This document shows positions 12,801 to 26,398 of a stretch of DNA of 64,000 nucleotides, piece after piece. Source of the stretch: the human T2T-CHM13v2.0 reference genome, Homo sapiens; assembly GCF_009914755.1 (NCBI RefSeq), contig NC_060925.1, one strand, 5' to 3'. How positions within the stretch are numbered: the stretch's first letter is position 1; each line of letters begins with the position of its first letter. The notes under the pieces were generated by a model. The model was not told where the DNA came from, searched no databases, and saw nothing but the letters and a program-made list of their open reading frames with translations. The translations under genes were made by a program, and so were the position numbers.

Positions 12801-15742
12801 CGAATGGAATCGAATGGAATCATCGAATGGACTCGAATGGAATAATCATTGAACGGAATCGAATGGAATCATCTTCGGATGTAAAAGAATGGAATCATCA
12901 TGGAATGGAAATGAGAGGAATCATCATCTAATGGAATTGCATGGAATCATCATAAAATGGAATCGAATGGAATCAACATCAAATGGAATCAAATGTAATC
13001 ATTGAACGGAATTGAATGGAATCGTCATCGAATGAATTGAATGAAATCATCGAATGGTCTCGAATGGAATCATCTTCAAATGGAATGGAATGGAATCATC
13101 GCATAGAATCGAATGGAATTATCATCGAATGGAATCGAATGGAATCAACATCAAACGGAAAAAAACGGAATTATCGAATGGAATCGAAGAGAATCATCGA
13201 ATGGACCCGAATGGAATCATCTAATGGAATGGAATGGAATAATCCGTGGACTCGAATGCAATCATCATCGAATGGAATCGAATGGAATCATCGAATGGAC
13301 TCGAATGGAATAAACATTGAACGGAATCGAATTGAATCATCATCGGATGGAAATGAATGGAATCATCATCGAATGGAATCGAATAGAATTATGGAATGAA
13401 ATCCAGTGTGATCATCATCGAATGGACCCGAATGGAATCATCATCCATCGGAAGCAAATGGAAGCAACATCGAATGAATCGAATGGAAACACCATCGAAT
13501 TGAAACGAATGGAATTATCATGAAATTGAAATGGATGGACTCATCATCGAATGGATTCGAATGGAATCATCGAATAAAATTGATTGAAATCATCATCAAA
13601 TGGAATCGAATGGTATCATTGAATGGAATCGAATGGAATCATCATCAGATGGAAATGAATGGAATCGTCATAGAATGGAATCGAATGGATTCATTGAATG
13701 GAATCAGATGGAATCATCGAATGGACTGGAATGGAATCATTGAATGGACTCGAAAGGGATCATTATTGAATGGAATTGAATGGAATCATCGAATGGTCTC
13801 GATTGGAATCATTATCAAATGGAATCGAATGGAATCACCGAATAGAATCGAATGGAACAATCATCGAATGGACTCAAATGGAATTATCCTCCAATGGAAT
13901 CGAATGGAATTATTGAATACAATCGAATGGAATTATCGAATGCAATCGAATAGAATCATCGAATGGACTCGAATGGAATCATCGAATGGAATGGAATGGA
14001 ACAGTCAATGAACTCGAATGGAATCATCATTGAATGGAATCGAATGGAATCATCGAGTGGAATCGAAAGGAATTATGACCAAATGGAATCGAATGTAATC
14101 ATCATCAAATGGAATCAAAAATAACCATCATGAATTGGTATTGAATGGAATTGTCATCAAATGGAATTCAAAGGAATCATCATCAAATGGAACCGAATGG
14201 AATCCTCATTGAATGGAAATGAAAGGGGTTATCATCTAATGGAATCGCATGGAATCATCATCAAATGGAATCGAATGGAATCATCATCAAATGGAATCTA
14301 ATGGAATCATTGAAAAGAATTGAATGGAATCGTCATCGAATGAATTGAATGCAATCATCGAATGGTCTCGAATGGAATCATCTTCTAATGGAAAGGAATG
14401 GAATCATCGCATAGAATCGAATGGAATTATCATCGAATGGAATCGAATGGTATCAACACCAAACGGAAAAAAACGGAATTATCGAATGGAATCGAAGAGA
14501 ATCTTCGAACGGACCCGAATGGAATCATCTAATGGAATGGAATGGAATAATCCATGGACTCGAATGCAATCATCATCGAATGGAATCGAATGGAATCATC
14601 GAATGGACTCGAATGGAATAATCATTGAACGGAATCGAATGGAATCATCATCGGATGGAAACGAATGGAATCATCATCGAATGGAAATGAAAGGAGTCAT
14701 CATCTAATGGAATTGCATGGAATCATCATCAAATGGAATCGAATGGAATCAACATCAAATGGAATCAAATGGAATCATTGAACGGAATTGAATGGAATCG
14801 TCATCGAATGAATTGACTGCAATCATCGAATGGTCTCGAATGGAATCATCTTCAAATGGAATGGAATGGAATCATCGCATAGAATCGAATGGAATTATCA
14901 TCGAATGGAATCGAATGGAATCAACATCAAACGGAAAAAAACGGAATTATCGAATGGAATCGAAGAGAATCATCGAATGGACCCGAATGGAATCATCTAA
15001 TGGAATGGAATGGAATAATCCATGGACTCGAATGCAATCATCACCGAATGGAATCGAATGGAATCATCGAATGGACTCGAATGGAATAATCATTGAACGG
15101 AATCGAATGGAATCATCATCGGATGGAAATGAAAGGAGTCATCATCTAATGGAATTGCATGGAATCATCATAAAATGGAATCGAATGGAATCAACATCAA
15201 ATGGAATCAAATGGAATCATTGAACGGAATTGAATGGAATCGTCATCGAATGAATTGAATGCAATCATCGAATGGTCTCGAATGGAATCATCTTCAAATG
15301 GAATGGAATGGAATGGAATCATCGCATAGAATCGAATGGAATTATCATCGAATGGAATCGAATGGAATCAACATCAAACGGAAAAATACGGAATTATCGA
15401 ATGGAATCGAAGAGAATCATCGAATGGACCCGAATGGAATCATCTAATGGAATGGAATGGAATAATCCATGGACTCGAATGCAATCATCATCGAATGGAA
15501 TCGAATGGAATCATCGAATGGACTCGTATGGAATAATCATTGAACGGAATCAAATGGAATCGTCATCGGATGGAAATGAATGGAATCATCATCGAATGGA
15601 ATCGAATAGAATTATGGAATGAAATCCAGTGTGATCATCATCGAATGGACCCGAATGGAATCATCATCCAACGGAAGCTAATGGAATCAACATCGAATGA
15701 ATCGAATGGAAACGCCATCGAATTGAAACGAATGGAATTACA
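6858..15742 (+). repeat. Higher-order repeat copy, 8885 bp, five units (1802+1776+1308+1776+2223)
   Basis: Unit-length order and private variants recur 8885 bp later: 26-bp duplication (7441/16326), aatgggatcg (8762/17647), gacaagaatgg (10341/19226), gaaacgccatc (6825/15710), ggtctctaatgg, gggattacc. Confidence 0.93.
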
Positions 15743-18700
15743 ATGAAATTGAAATGGATGGACTCATCATCGAATGGATTCCAATGGAATCATCGAATAA
15801 AATTGATTGAAATCATCATCGAATGGTATCGAATGGTATCATTGAATGGAATCGAATGGAATCATCATCAGATGGAAATGAATGGAATCGTCATAGAATG
15901 GAATCGAATGGATTCATTGAATGGAATCAGATGGAATCATCGAATGGACTGGAATGGAATCATTGAATGGACTCGAAAGGGATCATGATTGAATGGAATT
16001 GAATGGAATCATCGAATGGTCTCGATTGGAATCATTATCAAATGGAATCGAATGGAATCACTGAATAGAATCGAATGGAACAATCATCGAATGGACTCAA
16101 ATGGAATTATCCTCAAATGGAATCGAATGGAATTATCGAATGCAATCGAATGGAATTATCGAATGCAATCGAATAGAATCATCGAATGGACTCGAATGGA
16201 ATCATCGAATGGAATGGAATGGAACAGTCAATGAACTCGAATGGAATCATCATTGAATGGAATCGAATGGAATCATCGAGTGGAATCGAATGGAATTATG
16301 ATCAAATGGAATCGAATGTAATCATCATCAAATGGAATCAAAAATAACCATCATCAAATGGAATCAAAAATAACAATCATCAATTGGTATTGAATGGAAT
16401 TCTCATCAAATGGAATTCAAAGGAATCATCATCAAATGGAACCGAATGGAATCCTCATTGAATGGAAATGAAAGGGGTCATCATCTAATGGAATCGCATG
16501 GAATCATCATCAAATGGAATCGAATGGAATCATCATCAAATGGAATCTAATGGAATCATTGAAAAGAATTGAATGGAATCGTCATCGAATGAATTGAATG
16601 CAATCATCGAATGGTCTCGAATGGAATCATCTTCTAATGGAAAGGAATGGAATCATCGCATAGAATCGAATGGAATTAACATTGAATGGAATCGAATGGA
16701 ATCAACATCAAATGGAATCAAGCGGAATTATCGAATGAAATCGAAGAGAATCATCGAATGGACTCGAATGGAATCATCTAATGGAATGGAATGGAATAAT
16801 CCACGGACTCGAATGCAATCATCATCGTATAGAATCGAATGGAATCATCGAATGGACTCGAATGGAATAACCATTGAACGGAATCGAATGGAATCATCAT
16901 CGGATGGAAACGAATGGAATCATCATCGAATGGAAATGAAAGGAGTCATCATCTAATGGAATTGCATGGAATCATCATAAAATGGAATCGAATGGAATCA
17001 TCATCAAATGGAATCAAATGGAAGCATTGAACGGAATTGAATGGAATCGTCATCGAATGAATTGAATGCAATCATCGAATGGTCTCTAATGGAATCATCT
17101 TCAAATGGAATGGAATGGAATCATCGCATAGAATCGAATGGAATTATCATCGAATGGAATTGAATGGTATCAACATCAAACGGAAAAAAACGGAATTACC
17201 GAATGGAATCGAAGAGAATCTTTGAACGGACTCGAATGGAATCATCTAATGGAATGGAATGGAATAATCCATGGACTCGAATGCAATCATCATCGAATGG
17301 AATCGAATGGAATCATTGAATGGACTCGAATGGAATAATCATTGAACGGAATCGAATGGAATCATCATCGGATGGAAATGAATGGAATCCTCATCGAATG
17401 GAATCGAATAGAATTATGGAATGAAATCCAGTGTGATCATCATCGAATGGACCCGAATGGAATCATCATCCAACGGAAGCTAATGGAATCAACATCGAAT
17501 GAATCGAATGGAAACACCATCGAATTGAAACGAATGGAATTATCATGAAATTGAAATGGATGGACCCATCATCGAATGGATTCGAATGGAATCATCGAAT
17601 AAAATTGATTGAAATCATCATCAAATGGAATCGAATGGTGTCATTGAATGGGATCGAATGGAATCATCGTCAGATGGAAATGAATGGAATCGTCATAGAA
17701 TGGAATCGAATGGATTCATTGAATGGAATCAGATGGAATCATCGAATGGACTGGAATGGAATCATTGAATGGACACGAATGGGATCATTATTGAATGGAA
17801 TTGAATGGAATCATCGAATGGTCTCGATTGGAATCATTATCAAATGGAATCGAATGGAATCACCGAATAGAATCGAATGGAACAATCATCGAATGGACTC
17901 AAATGGAATTATCCTCAAATGGAATCGAATGGAATTATCGAATGCAATCGAATGGAATTATCGAATGCAATCGAATAGAATCATCGAATGGACTCGAATG
18001 GAATCATCGAATGGAATGGAATGGAACAGTCAATGAACTCGAATGGAATCATCATTGAATGGAATCGAATGGAATCATCGAGTGGAATCGAATGGAATTA
18101 TGATCAAATGGAATCGAATGTAATCCTCATCAAATGGAATCAAAAATAACCATCATCAATTGGTATTGAATGGAATTGTCATCAAATGGAATTCAAAGGA
18201 ATCATCATCAAATGGAACCGAATGGAATCCTCATTGAATGGAAATGAAAGTGGTCATCATCTAATGGAATCGCATGGAATCATCATCAAATGGAATCGAG
18301 TGGAATCATCATCAAATGGAATCTAAGGGAATCATTGAACAGAATTGAATGGAATCCTCATCGAATGAATTGAATGCAATCATCGAATGGTCTCGAATGG
18401 AATCATCTTCAAATGGAAAGGAATGGAATCATCGCATAGAATCGAATGGAATTATCATCGAATGGAATCCAATGGTATCAACATCAAACGGAAAAAAACG
18501 GAATTATGGAATGGAATCTAAGAGAATCTTCGAACGGACCCGAATGGAATCATCTAATGGAATGGAATGGAATAATCCATGGACTCGAATGCAATCATGA
18601 TCAAATGGAATCGAATGGAATCATCGAATGGACTCGAATGGAATAATCATTGAACGGAATCGAATGGAATCATCATCGGATGGAAACGAATGGAATCATC

Positions 18701-21700
18701 ATCGAATGGAAATGAAAGGAGTCATCATCTAATGGAATTGCATGGAATCATCATAAAATGGAATCGAAGGGAATCAACATCAAATGGAATCAAATGGAAT
18801 CATTGAACGGAATTGAATGGAATCGTCATCGAATGAATTGACTGCAATCATCGAATGGTCTCGAATGGAATCATCTTCAAATGGAATGGAATGGAATCAT
18901 CGCATAGAATCGAATGGAATTATCATCGAATGGATTCGAATGGAATCAACATCAAACGGAAAAAAACGGAATTATCGAATGGAATCGAAGGGAATCATCG
19001 AATGGACCCGAATGGAATCATCTAATGGAATGGAATGGAATAATCCATGGACTCGAATGCAATCATCATCGAATGGAATCGAATGGAATCATCGAATGGA
19101 CTCGAATGGAATAATCATTGAACGGAATCGAATGGAATCATCATCGGATGGAAATGAATGGAATCATCATCGAATGGAATCGAATAGAATTATGGAATGA
19201 AATCCAGTGTGATCATCATCGAATGGACAAGAATGGAATCATCATCCAACGGAAGCTAATGGAATCAACATCGAATGAATCAAATGGAAACACCATCGAA
19301 TTGAAACGAATGGGATTACCATGAAATTGAAATGGATGGACTCATCATCGAATGGATTCGAATGGAATCATCGAATAAAATTGATTGAAATCATCATCGA
19401 ATGGAATCGAATGGTATCATTGAATGGAATCGAATGGAATCATCATCAGATGGAAATGAATGGAATCGTCATAGAATGGAATCGAATGGATTCATTGAAT
19501 GGAATCAGATGGAATCATCGAATGGACTGGAATGGAATCATTGAATGGACTCGAAAGGGATCATTATTGAATGGAATTGAATGGAATCATCGAATGGTCT
19601 CGATTGGAATCATTATCAAATGGAATCGAATGGAATCACCGAATAGAATCGAATGGAACAATCATCGAATGGACTCAAATGGAATTATCCTCAAATGGAA
19701 TCGAATGGAATTATCGAATGCAATCGAATGGAATTATCGAATGCAATCGAATAGAATCATCGAATGGACTCGAATGGAATCATCGAATGGAGTGGAATGG
19801 AACAGTCAATGAACTCGAATGGAATCATCATTGAATGGAATCGAATGGAATCATCGAGTGGAATCGAATGGAATTATGATCAAATGGAATCGAATGTAAT
19901 CATCATCAAATGGAATCAAAAATAACCATCATCAATTGGTATTGAATGGAATTCTCATCAAATGGAATTCAAAGGAATCATCATCAAATGGAACCGAATG
20001 GAATCCTCATTGAATGGAAATGAAAGGGGTCATCATCTAATGGAATCGCATGGAATCATCATCAAATTGAATCGAATGGAATCATCATCAAATGGAATCT
20101 AATGGAATCATTGAACAGAATTGAATGGAATCGTCATCGAATGAATTGAATGCAATCATCGAATGGTCTCGAATGGAATCATCTTCTAATGGAAAGGAAT
20201 GGAATCATCGCATAGAAACGAATGGAATTATCATCGAATGGAATCGAATGGTATCAACACCAAACGGAAAAAAACGGAATTATCGAATGGAATCGAAGAG
20301 AATCTTCGAACGGACCCGAATGGAATCATCTAATGGAATGGAATGGAATAATCCATGGACTCGAATGCAATGATCATCGAATGGAATCCAATGGAATCAT
20401 CGAATGGACTCGAATGGAATAATCATTGAACGGAATCGAATGGAATCATCATCGGATGGAAACGAATGGAATCATCATCGAATGGAATCGAATAGAATTA
20501 TGGAATGAAATCCAGTGTGATCATCATCGAATGGACCCGAATGGAATCATCATCCAACGGAAGCTAATGGAATCAACATCGAATGAATCAAATGGAAACA
20601 CCATCGAATTGAAACGAATGGAATTACCATGAAATTGAAATGGATGGACTCATCATCAAATGGATTCGAATGGAATCATCGAATAAAATTGATTGAAATC
20701 ATCATCGAATGGAATCGAATGGTATCATTGAATGGAATCGAATGGAATCATCATCAGATGGAAATGAATGGAATCGTCATAGAATGGAATCGAATGGATT
20801 CATTGAATGGAATCAGATGGAATCATTGAATGGACTGGAATGGAATCATTGAATGGACTCGAAAGGGATCATTATTGAATGGAATTGAATGGAATCATCG
20901 AATGGTCTCGATTGGAATCATTATCAAATGGAATCGAATGGAATCACCGAATAGAATCGAATGGAACAATCATCGAATGGACTCAAATGGAATTATCCTC
21001 CAATGGAATCGAATGGAATTATCGAATGCAATCGAATGGAATTATCGAATGCAATCGAATAGAATCATCGAATGGACTCGAATGGAATCATCGAATGGAA
21101 TGGAATGGAACAGTCAATGAACTCGAATGGAATCATCATTGAATGGAATCGAATGGAATCATCGAGTGGAATCGAAAGGAATTATGACCAAATGGAATCG
21201 AATGTAATCATCATCAAATGGAATCAAAAATAACCATCATGAATTGGTATTGAATGGAATTGTCATCAAATGGAATTCAAAGGAATCATCATCAAATGGA
21301 ACCGAATGGAATCCTCATTGAATGGAAATGAAAGGGGTTATCATCTAATGGAATCGCATGGAATCATCATCAAATGGAATCGAATGGAATCAACATCAAA
21401 AGGAATCAAATGGAATCATTGAACGGAATTGAATGGAATCATCATCGAATGAATTGAATGCAATCATCGAATGGTCTCGAATGAAATCATCTTCAAATGG
21501 AATGGAATGGAATCATCGCATAGAATCGAATGGAATTATCATCGAATGGAATCGAATGGTATCAACATCAAACGGAAAAAAACGGAATTATCGAATGGAA
21601 TCGAAGAGAATCCTCGAACGGACCCGAATGGAATCATCTAATGGAATGGAATAATCCATGGAGTCGAATGCAATCATCATCGAATGGAATCGAATGGAAT

Positions 21701-24622
21701 CATCGAATGGACTCGAATGGAATAATCATTGAACGGAATCGAATGGAATCATCTTCGGATGTAAAAGAATGGAATCATCATGGAATGGAAATGAGAGGAA
21801 TCATCATCTAATGGAATTGCATGGAATCATCATAAAATGGAATCGAATGGAATCAACATCAAATGGAATCAAATGTAATCATTGAACGGAATTGAATGGA
21901 ATCGTCATCGAATGAATTGAATGAAATCATCGAATGGTCTCGAATGGAATCATCTTCAAATGGAATGGAATGGAATCATCGCATAGAATCGAATGGAATT
22001 ATCATCGAATGGAATCGAATGGAATCAACATCAAACGGAAAAAAACGGAATTATCGAATGGAATCGAAGAGAATCATCGAATGGACCCGAATGGAATCAT
22101 CTAATGGAATGGAATGGAATAATCCGTGGACTCGAATGCAATCATCATCGAATGGAATCGAATGGAATCATCGAATGGACTCGAATGGAATAAACATTGA
22201 ACGGAATCGAATTGAATCATCATCGGATGGAAATGAATGGAATCATCATCGAATGGAATCGAATAGAATTATGGAATGAAATCCAGTGTGATCATCATCG
22301 AATGGACCCGAATGGAATCATCATCCATCGGAAGCAAATGGAAGCAACATCGAATGAATCGAATGGAAACACCATCGAATTGAAACGAATGGAATTATCA
22401 TGAAATTGAAATGGATGGACTCATCATCGAATGGATTCGAATGGAATCATCGAATAAAATTGATTGAAATCATCATCAAATGGAATCGAATGGTATCATT
22501 GAATGGAATCGAATGGAATCATCATCAGATGGAAATGAATGGAATCGTCATAGAATGGAATCGAATGGATTCATTGAATGGAATCAGATGGAATCATCGA
22601 ATGGACTGGAATGGAATCATTGAATGGACTCGAAAGGGATCATTATTGAATGGAATTGAATGGAATCATCGAATGGTCTCGATTGGAATCATTATCAAAT
22701 GGAATCGAATGGAATCACCGAATAGAATCGAATGGAACAATCATCGAATGGACTCAAATGGAATTATCCTCCAATGGAATCGAATGGAATTATTGAATAC
22801 AATCGAATGGAATTATCGAATGCAATCGAATAGAATCATCGAATGGACTCGAATGGAATCATCGAATGGAATGGAATGGAACAGTCAATGAACTCGAATG
22901 GAATCATCATTGAATGGAATCGAATGGAATCATCGAGTGGAATCGAAAGGAATTATGACCAAATGGAATCGAATGTAATCATCATCAAATGGAATCAAAA
23001 ATAACCATCATGAATTGGTATTGAATGGAATTGTCATCAAATGGAATTCAAAGGAATCATCATCAAATGGAACCGAATGGAATCCTCATTGAATGGAAAT
23101 GAAAGGGGTTATCATCTAATGGAATCGCATGGAATCATCATCAAATGGAATCGAATGGAATCATCATCAAATGGAATCTAATGGAATCATTGAAAAGAAT
23201 TGAATGGAATCGTCATCGAATGAATTGAATGCAATCATCGAATGGTCTCGAATGGAATCATCTTCTAATGGAAAGGAATGGAATCATCGCATAGAATCGA
23301 ATGGAATTATCATCGAATGGAATCGAATGGTATCAACACCAAACGGAAAAAAACGGAATTATCGAATGGAATCGAAGAGAATCTTCGAACGGACCCGAAT
23401 GGAATCATCTAATGGAATGGAATGGAATAATCCATGGACTCGAATGCAATCATCATCGAATGGAATCGAATGGAATCATCGAATGGACTCGAATGGAATA
23501 ATCATTGAACGGAATCGAATGGAATCATCATCGGATGGAAACGAATGGAATCATCATCGAATGGAAATGAAAGGAGTCATCATCTAATGGAATTGCATGG
23601 AATCATCATCAAATGGAATCGAATGGAATCAACATCAAATGGAATCAAATGGAATCATTGAACGGAATTGAATGGAATCGTCATCGAATGAATTGACTGC
23701 AATCATCGAATGGTCTCGAATGGAATCATCTTCAAATGGAATGGAATGGAATCATCGCATAGAATCGAATGGAATTATCATCGAATGGAATCGAATGGAA
23801 TCAACATCAAACGGAAAAAAACGGAATTATCGAATGGAATCGAAGAGAATCATCGAATGGACCCGAATGGAATCATCTAATGGAATGGAATGGAATAATC
23901 CATGGACTCGAATGCAATCATCACCGAATGGAATCGAATGGAATCATCGAATGGACTCGAATGGAATAATCATTGAACGGAATCGAATGGAATCATCATC
24001 GGATGGAAATGAAAGGAGTCATCATCTAATGGAATTGCATGGAATCATCATAAAATGGAATCGAATGGAATCAACATCAAATGGAATCAAATGGAATCAT
24101 TGAACGGAATTGAATGGAATCGTCATCGAATGAATTGAATGCAATCATCGAATGGTCTCGAATGGAATCATCTTCAAATGGAATGGAATGGAATGGAATC
24201 ATCGCATAGAATCGAATGGAATTATCATCGAATGGAATCGAATGGAATCAACATCAAACGGAAAAATACGGAATTATCGAATGGAATCGAAGAGAATCAT
24301 CGAATGGACCCGAATGGAATCATCTAATGGAATGGAATGGAATAATCCATGGACTCGAATGCAATCATCATCGAATGGAATCGAATGGAATCATCGAATG
24401 GACTCGTATGGAATAATCATTGAACGGAATCAAATGGAATCGTCATCGGATGGAAATGAATGGAATCATCATCGAATGGAATCGAATAGAATTATGGAAT
24501 GAAATCCAGTGTGATCATCATCGAATGGACCCGAATGGAATCATCATCCAACGGAAGCTAATGGAATCAACATCGAATGAATCGAATGGAAACGCCATCG
24601 AATTGAAACGAATGGAATTACA
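15743..24622 (+). repeat. Higher-order repeat copy, 8880 bp (1802+1776+1308+1771+2223)
   Basis: Near-identical to 6858-15742 except for one lost GGAAT at ~21641-21655 and a few substitutions. A partial further copy runs from 24623 to ~25150 (ggattccaatgg, ggtatcgaatggtatc, ggaatcactgaatag). Confidence 0.93.
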
Positions 24623-26398
24623 ATGAAATTGAAATGGATGGACTCATCATCGAATGGATTCCAATGGAATCATCGAATAAAATTGATTGAAATCATCATC
24701 GAATGGTATCGAATGGTATCATTGAATGGAATCGAATGGAATCATCATCAGATGGAAATGAATGGAATCGTCATAGAATGGAATCGAATGGATTCATTGA
24801 ATGGAATCAGATGGAATCATCGAATGGACTGGAATGGAATCATTGAATGGACTCGAAAGGGATCATGATTGAATGGAATTGAATGGAATCATCGAATGGT
24901 CTCGATTGGAATCATTATCAAATGGAATCGAATGGAATCACTGAATAGAATCGAATGGAACAATCATCGAATGGACTCAAATGGAATTATCCTCAAATGG
25001 AATCGAATGGAATTATCGAATGCAATCGAATGGAATTATCGAATGCAATCGAATAGAATCATCGAATGGACTCGAATGGAATCATCGAATGGAATGGAAT
25101 GGAACAGTCAATGAACTCGAATGGAATCATCATTGAATGGAATCGAATGGAATCATCGAGTTGAATCGAATGGAATTATGATCAAATGGAATCGAATGTA
25201 ATCATCATCAAATGGAATCAAAAATAACCATCATCAACTGGTATTGAATGGAATTCTCATCAAATGGAATTCAAAGGAATCATCATCAAATGGAACTGAA
25301 TGGAATCCTCATTGAATGGAAATGAAAGGGGTCATCATCTAATGGAATCGCATGGAATCATCATCAAATGGAATCGAATGGAATCATCATCAAATGGAAT
25401 CTGATGGAATCATTGAACAGAATTGAATGGAATCGTCATCGAATGAATTGAATGCAATCATCGAATGGTCTCGAATGTAATCACATTCTAATGGAAAGGA
25501 ATGGAATCATCGCATAGAATCGAATGGAATTAACATTGAATGGACTCGAATGGAATCAACATCAAACGGAATCAAGCGGAATTATCGAATGGAATCGAAG
25601 AGAATCATCGAATGGACTCGAATGGAATCATCTAATGAAATGGAATGGAATAATCCACGGACCCGAATGCAATCATCATCGTATAGAATCGAATGGAATC
25701 ATCGAATGGACTCGAATGGAATAATCATTGAACGGAATCGAATGGAATCATCATCGGATGGAAACGAATGGAATCATCATCGAATGGAAATGAAAGGAGT
25801 CATCATCTAATGGAATTGCATGGAATCATCATCAAATGGAATCGAATGGAATCAACATCAAATGGAATCAAATGGAATCATTGAACGGAATTGAATGGAA
25901 TCATCATCGAATGAATTGAATGCAATCATCGAATGGTCTCGAATGAAATCATCTTCAAATGGAATGGAATGGAATCATCGCATAGAATCGAATGGAATTA
26001 TCATCGAATGGAATCGAATGGTATCAACACCAAACGGAAAAAAACGGAATTATCGAATGGAATCGAAGAGAATCTTCGAACGGACCCGAATGGAATCATC
26101 TAATGGAATGGAATGGAATAATCCATGGACTCGAATGCAATCATCATCGAATGGAATCGAATGGAATCATCGAATGGACTCGAATGGAATAATCATTGAA
26201 CGGAATCGAATGGAATCATCATCGGATGGAAACGAATGGAATCATCATCGAATGGAATCGAATAGAATTATGGAATGAAATCCAGTGTGATCATCATCGA
26301 ATGGACCCGAATGGAATCATCATCCAACGGAAGCTAATGGAATCAACATCGAAAGAATCAAATGGAAACACCATCGAATTGAAACGAATGGAATTACC

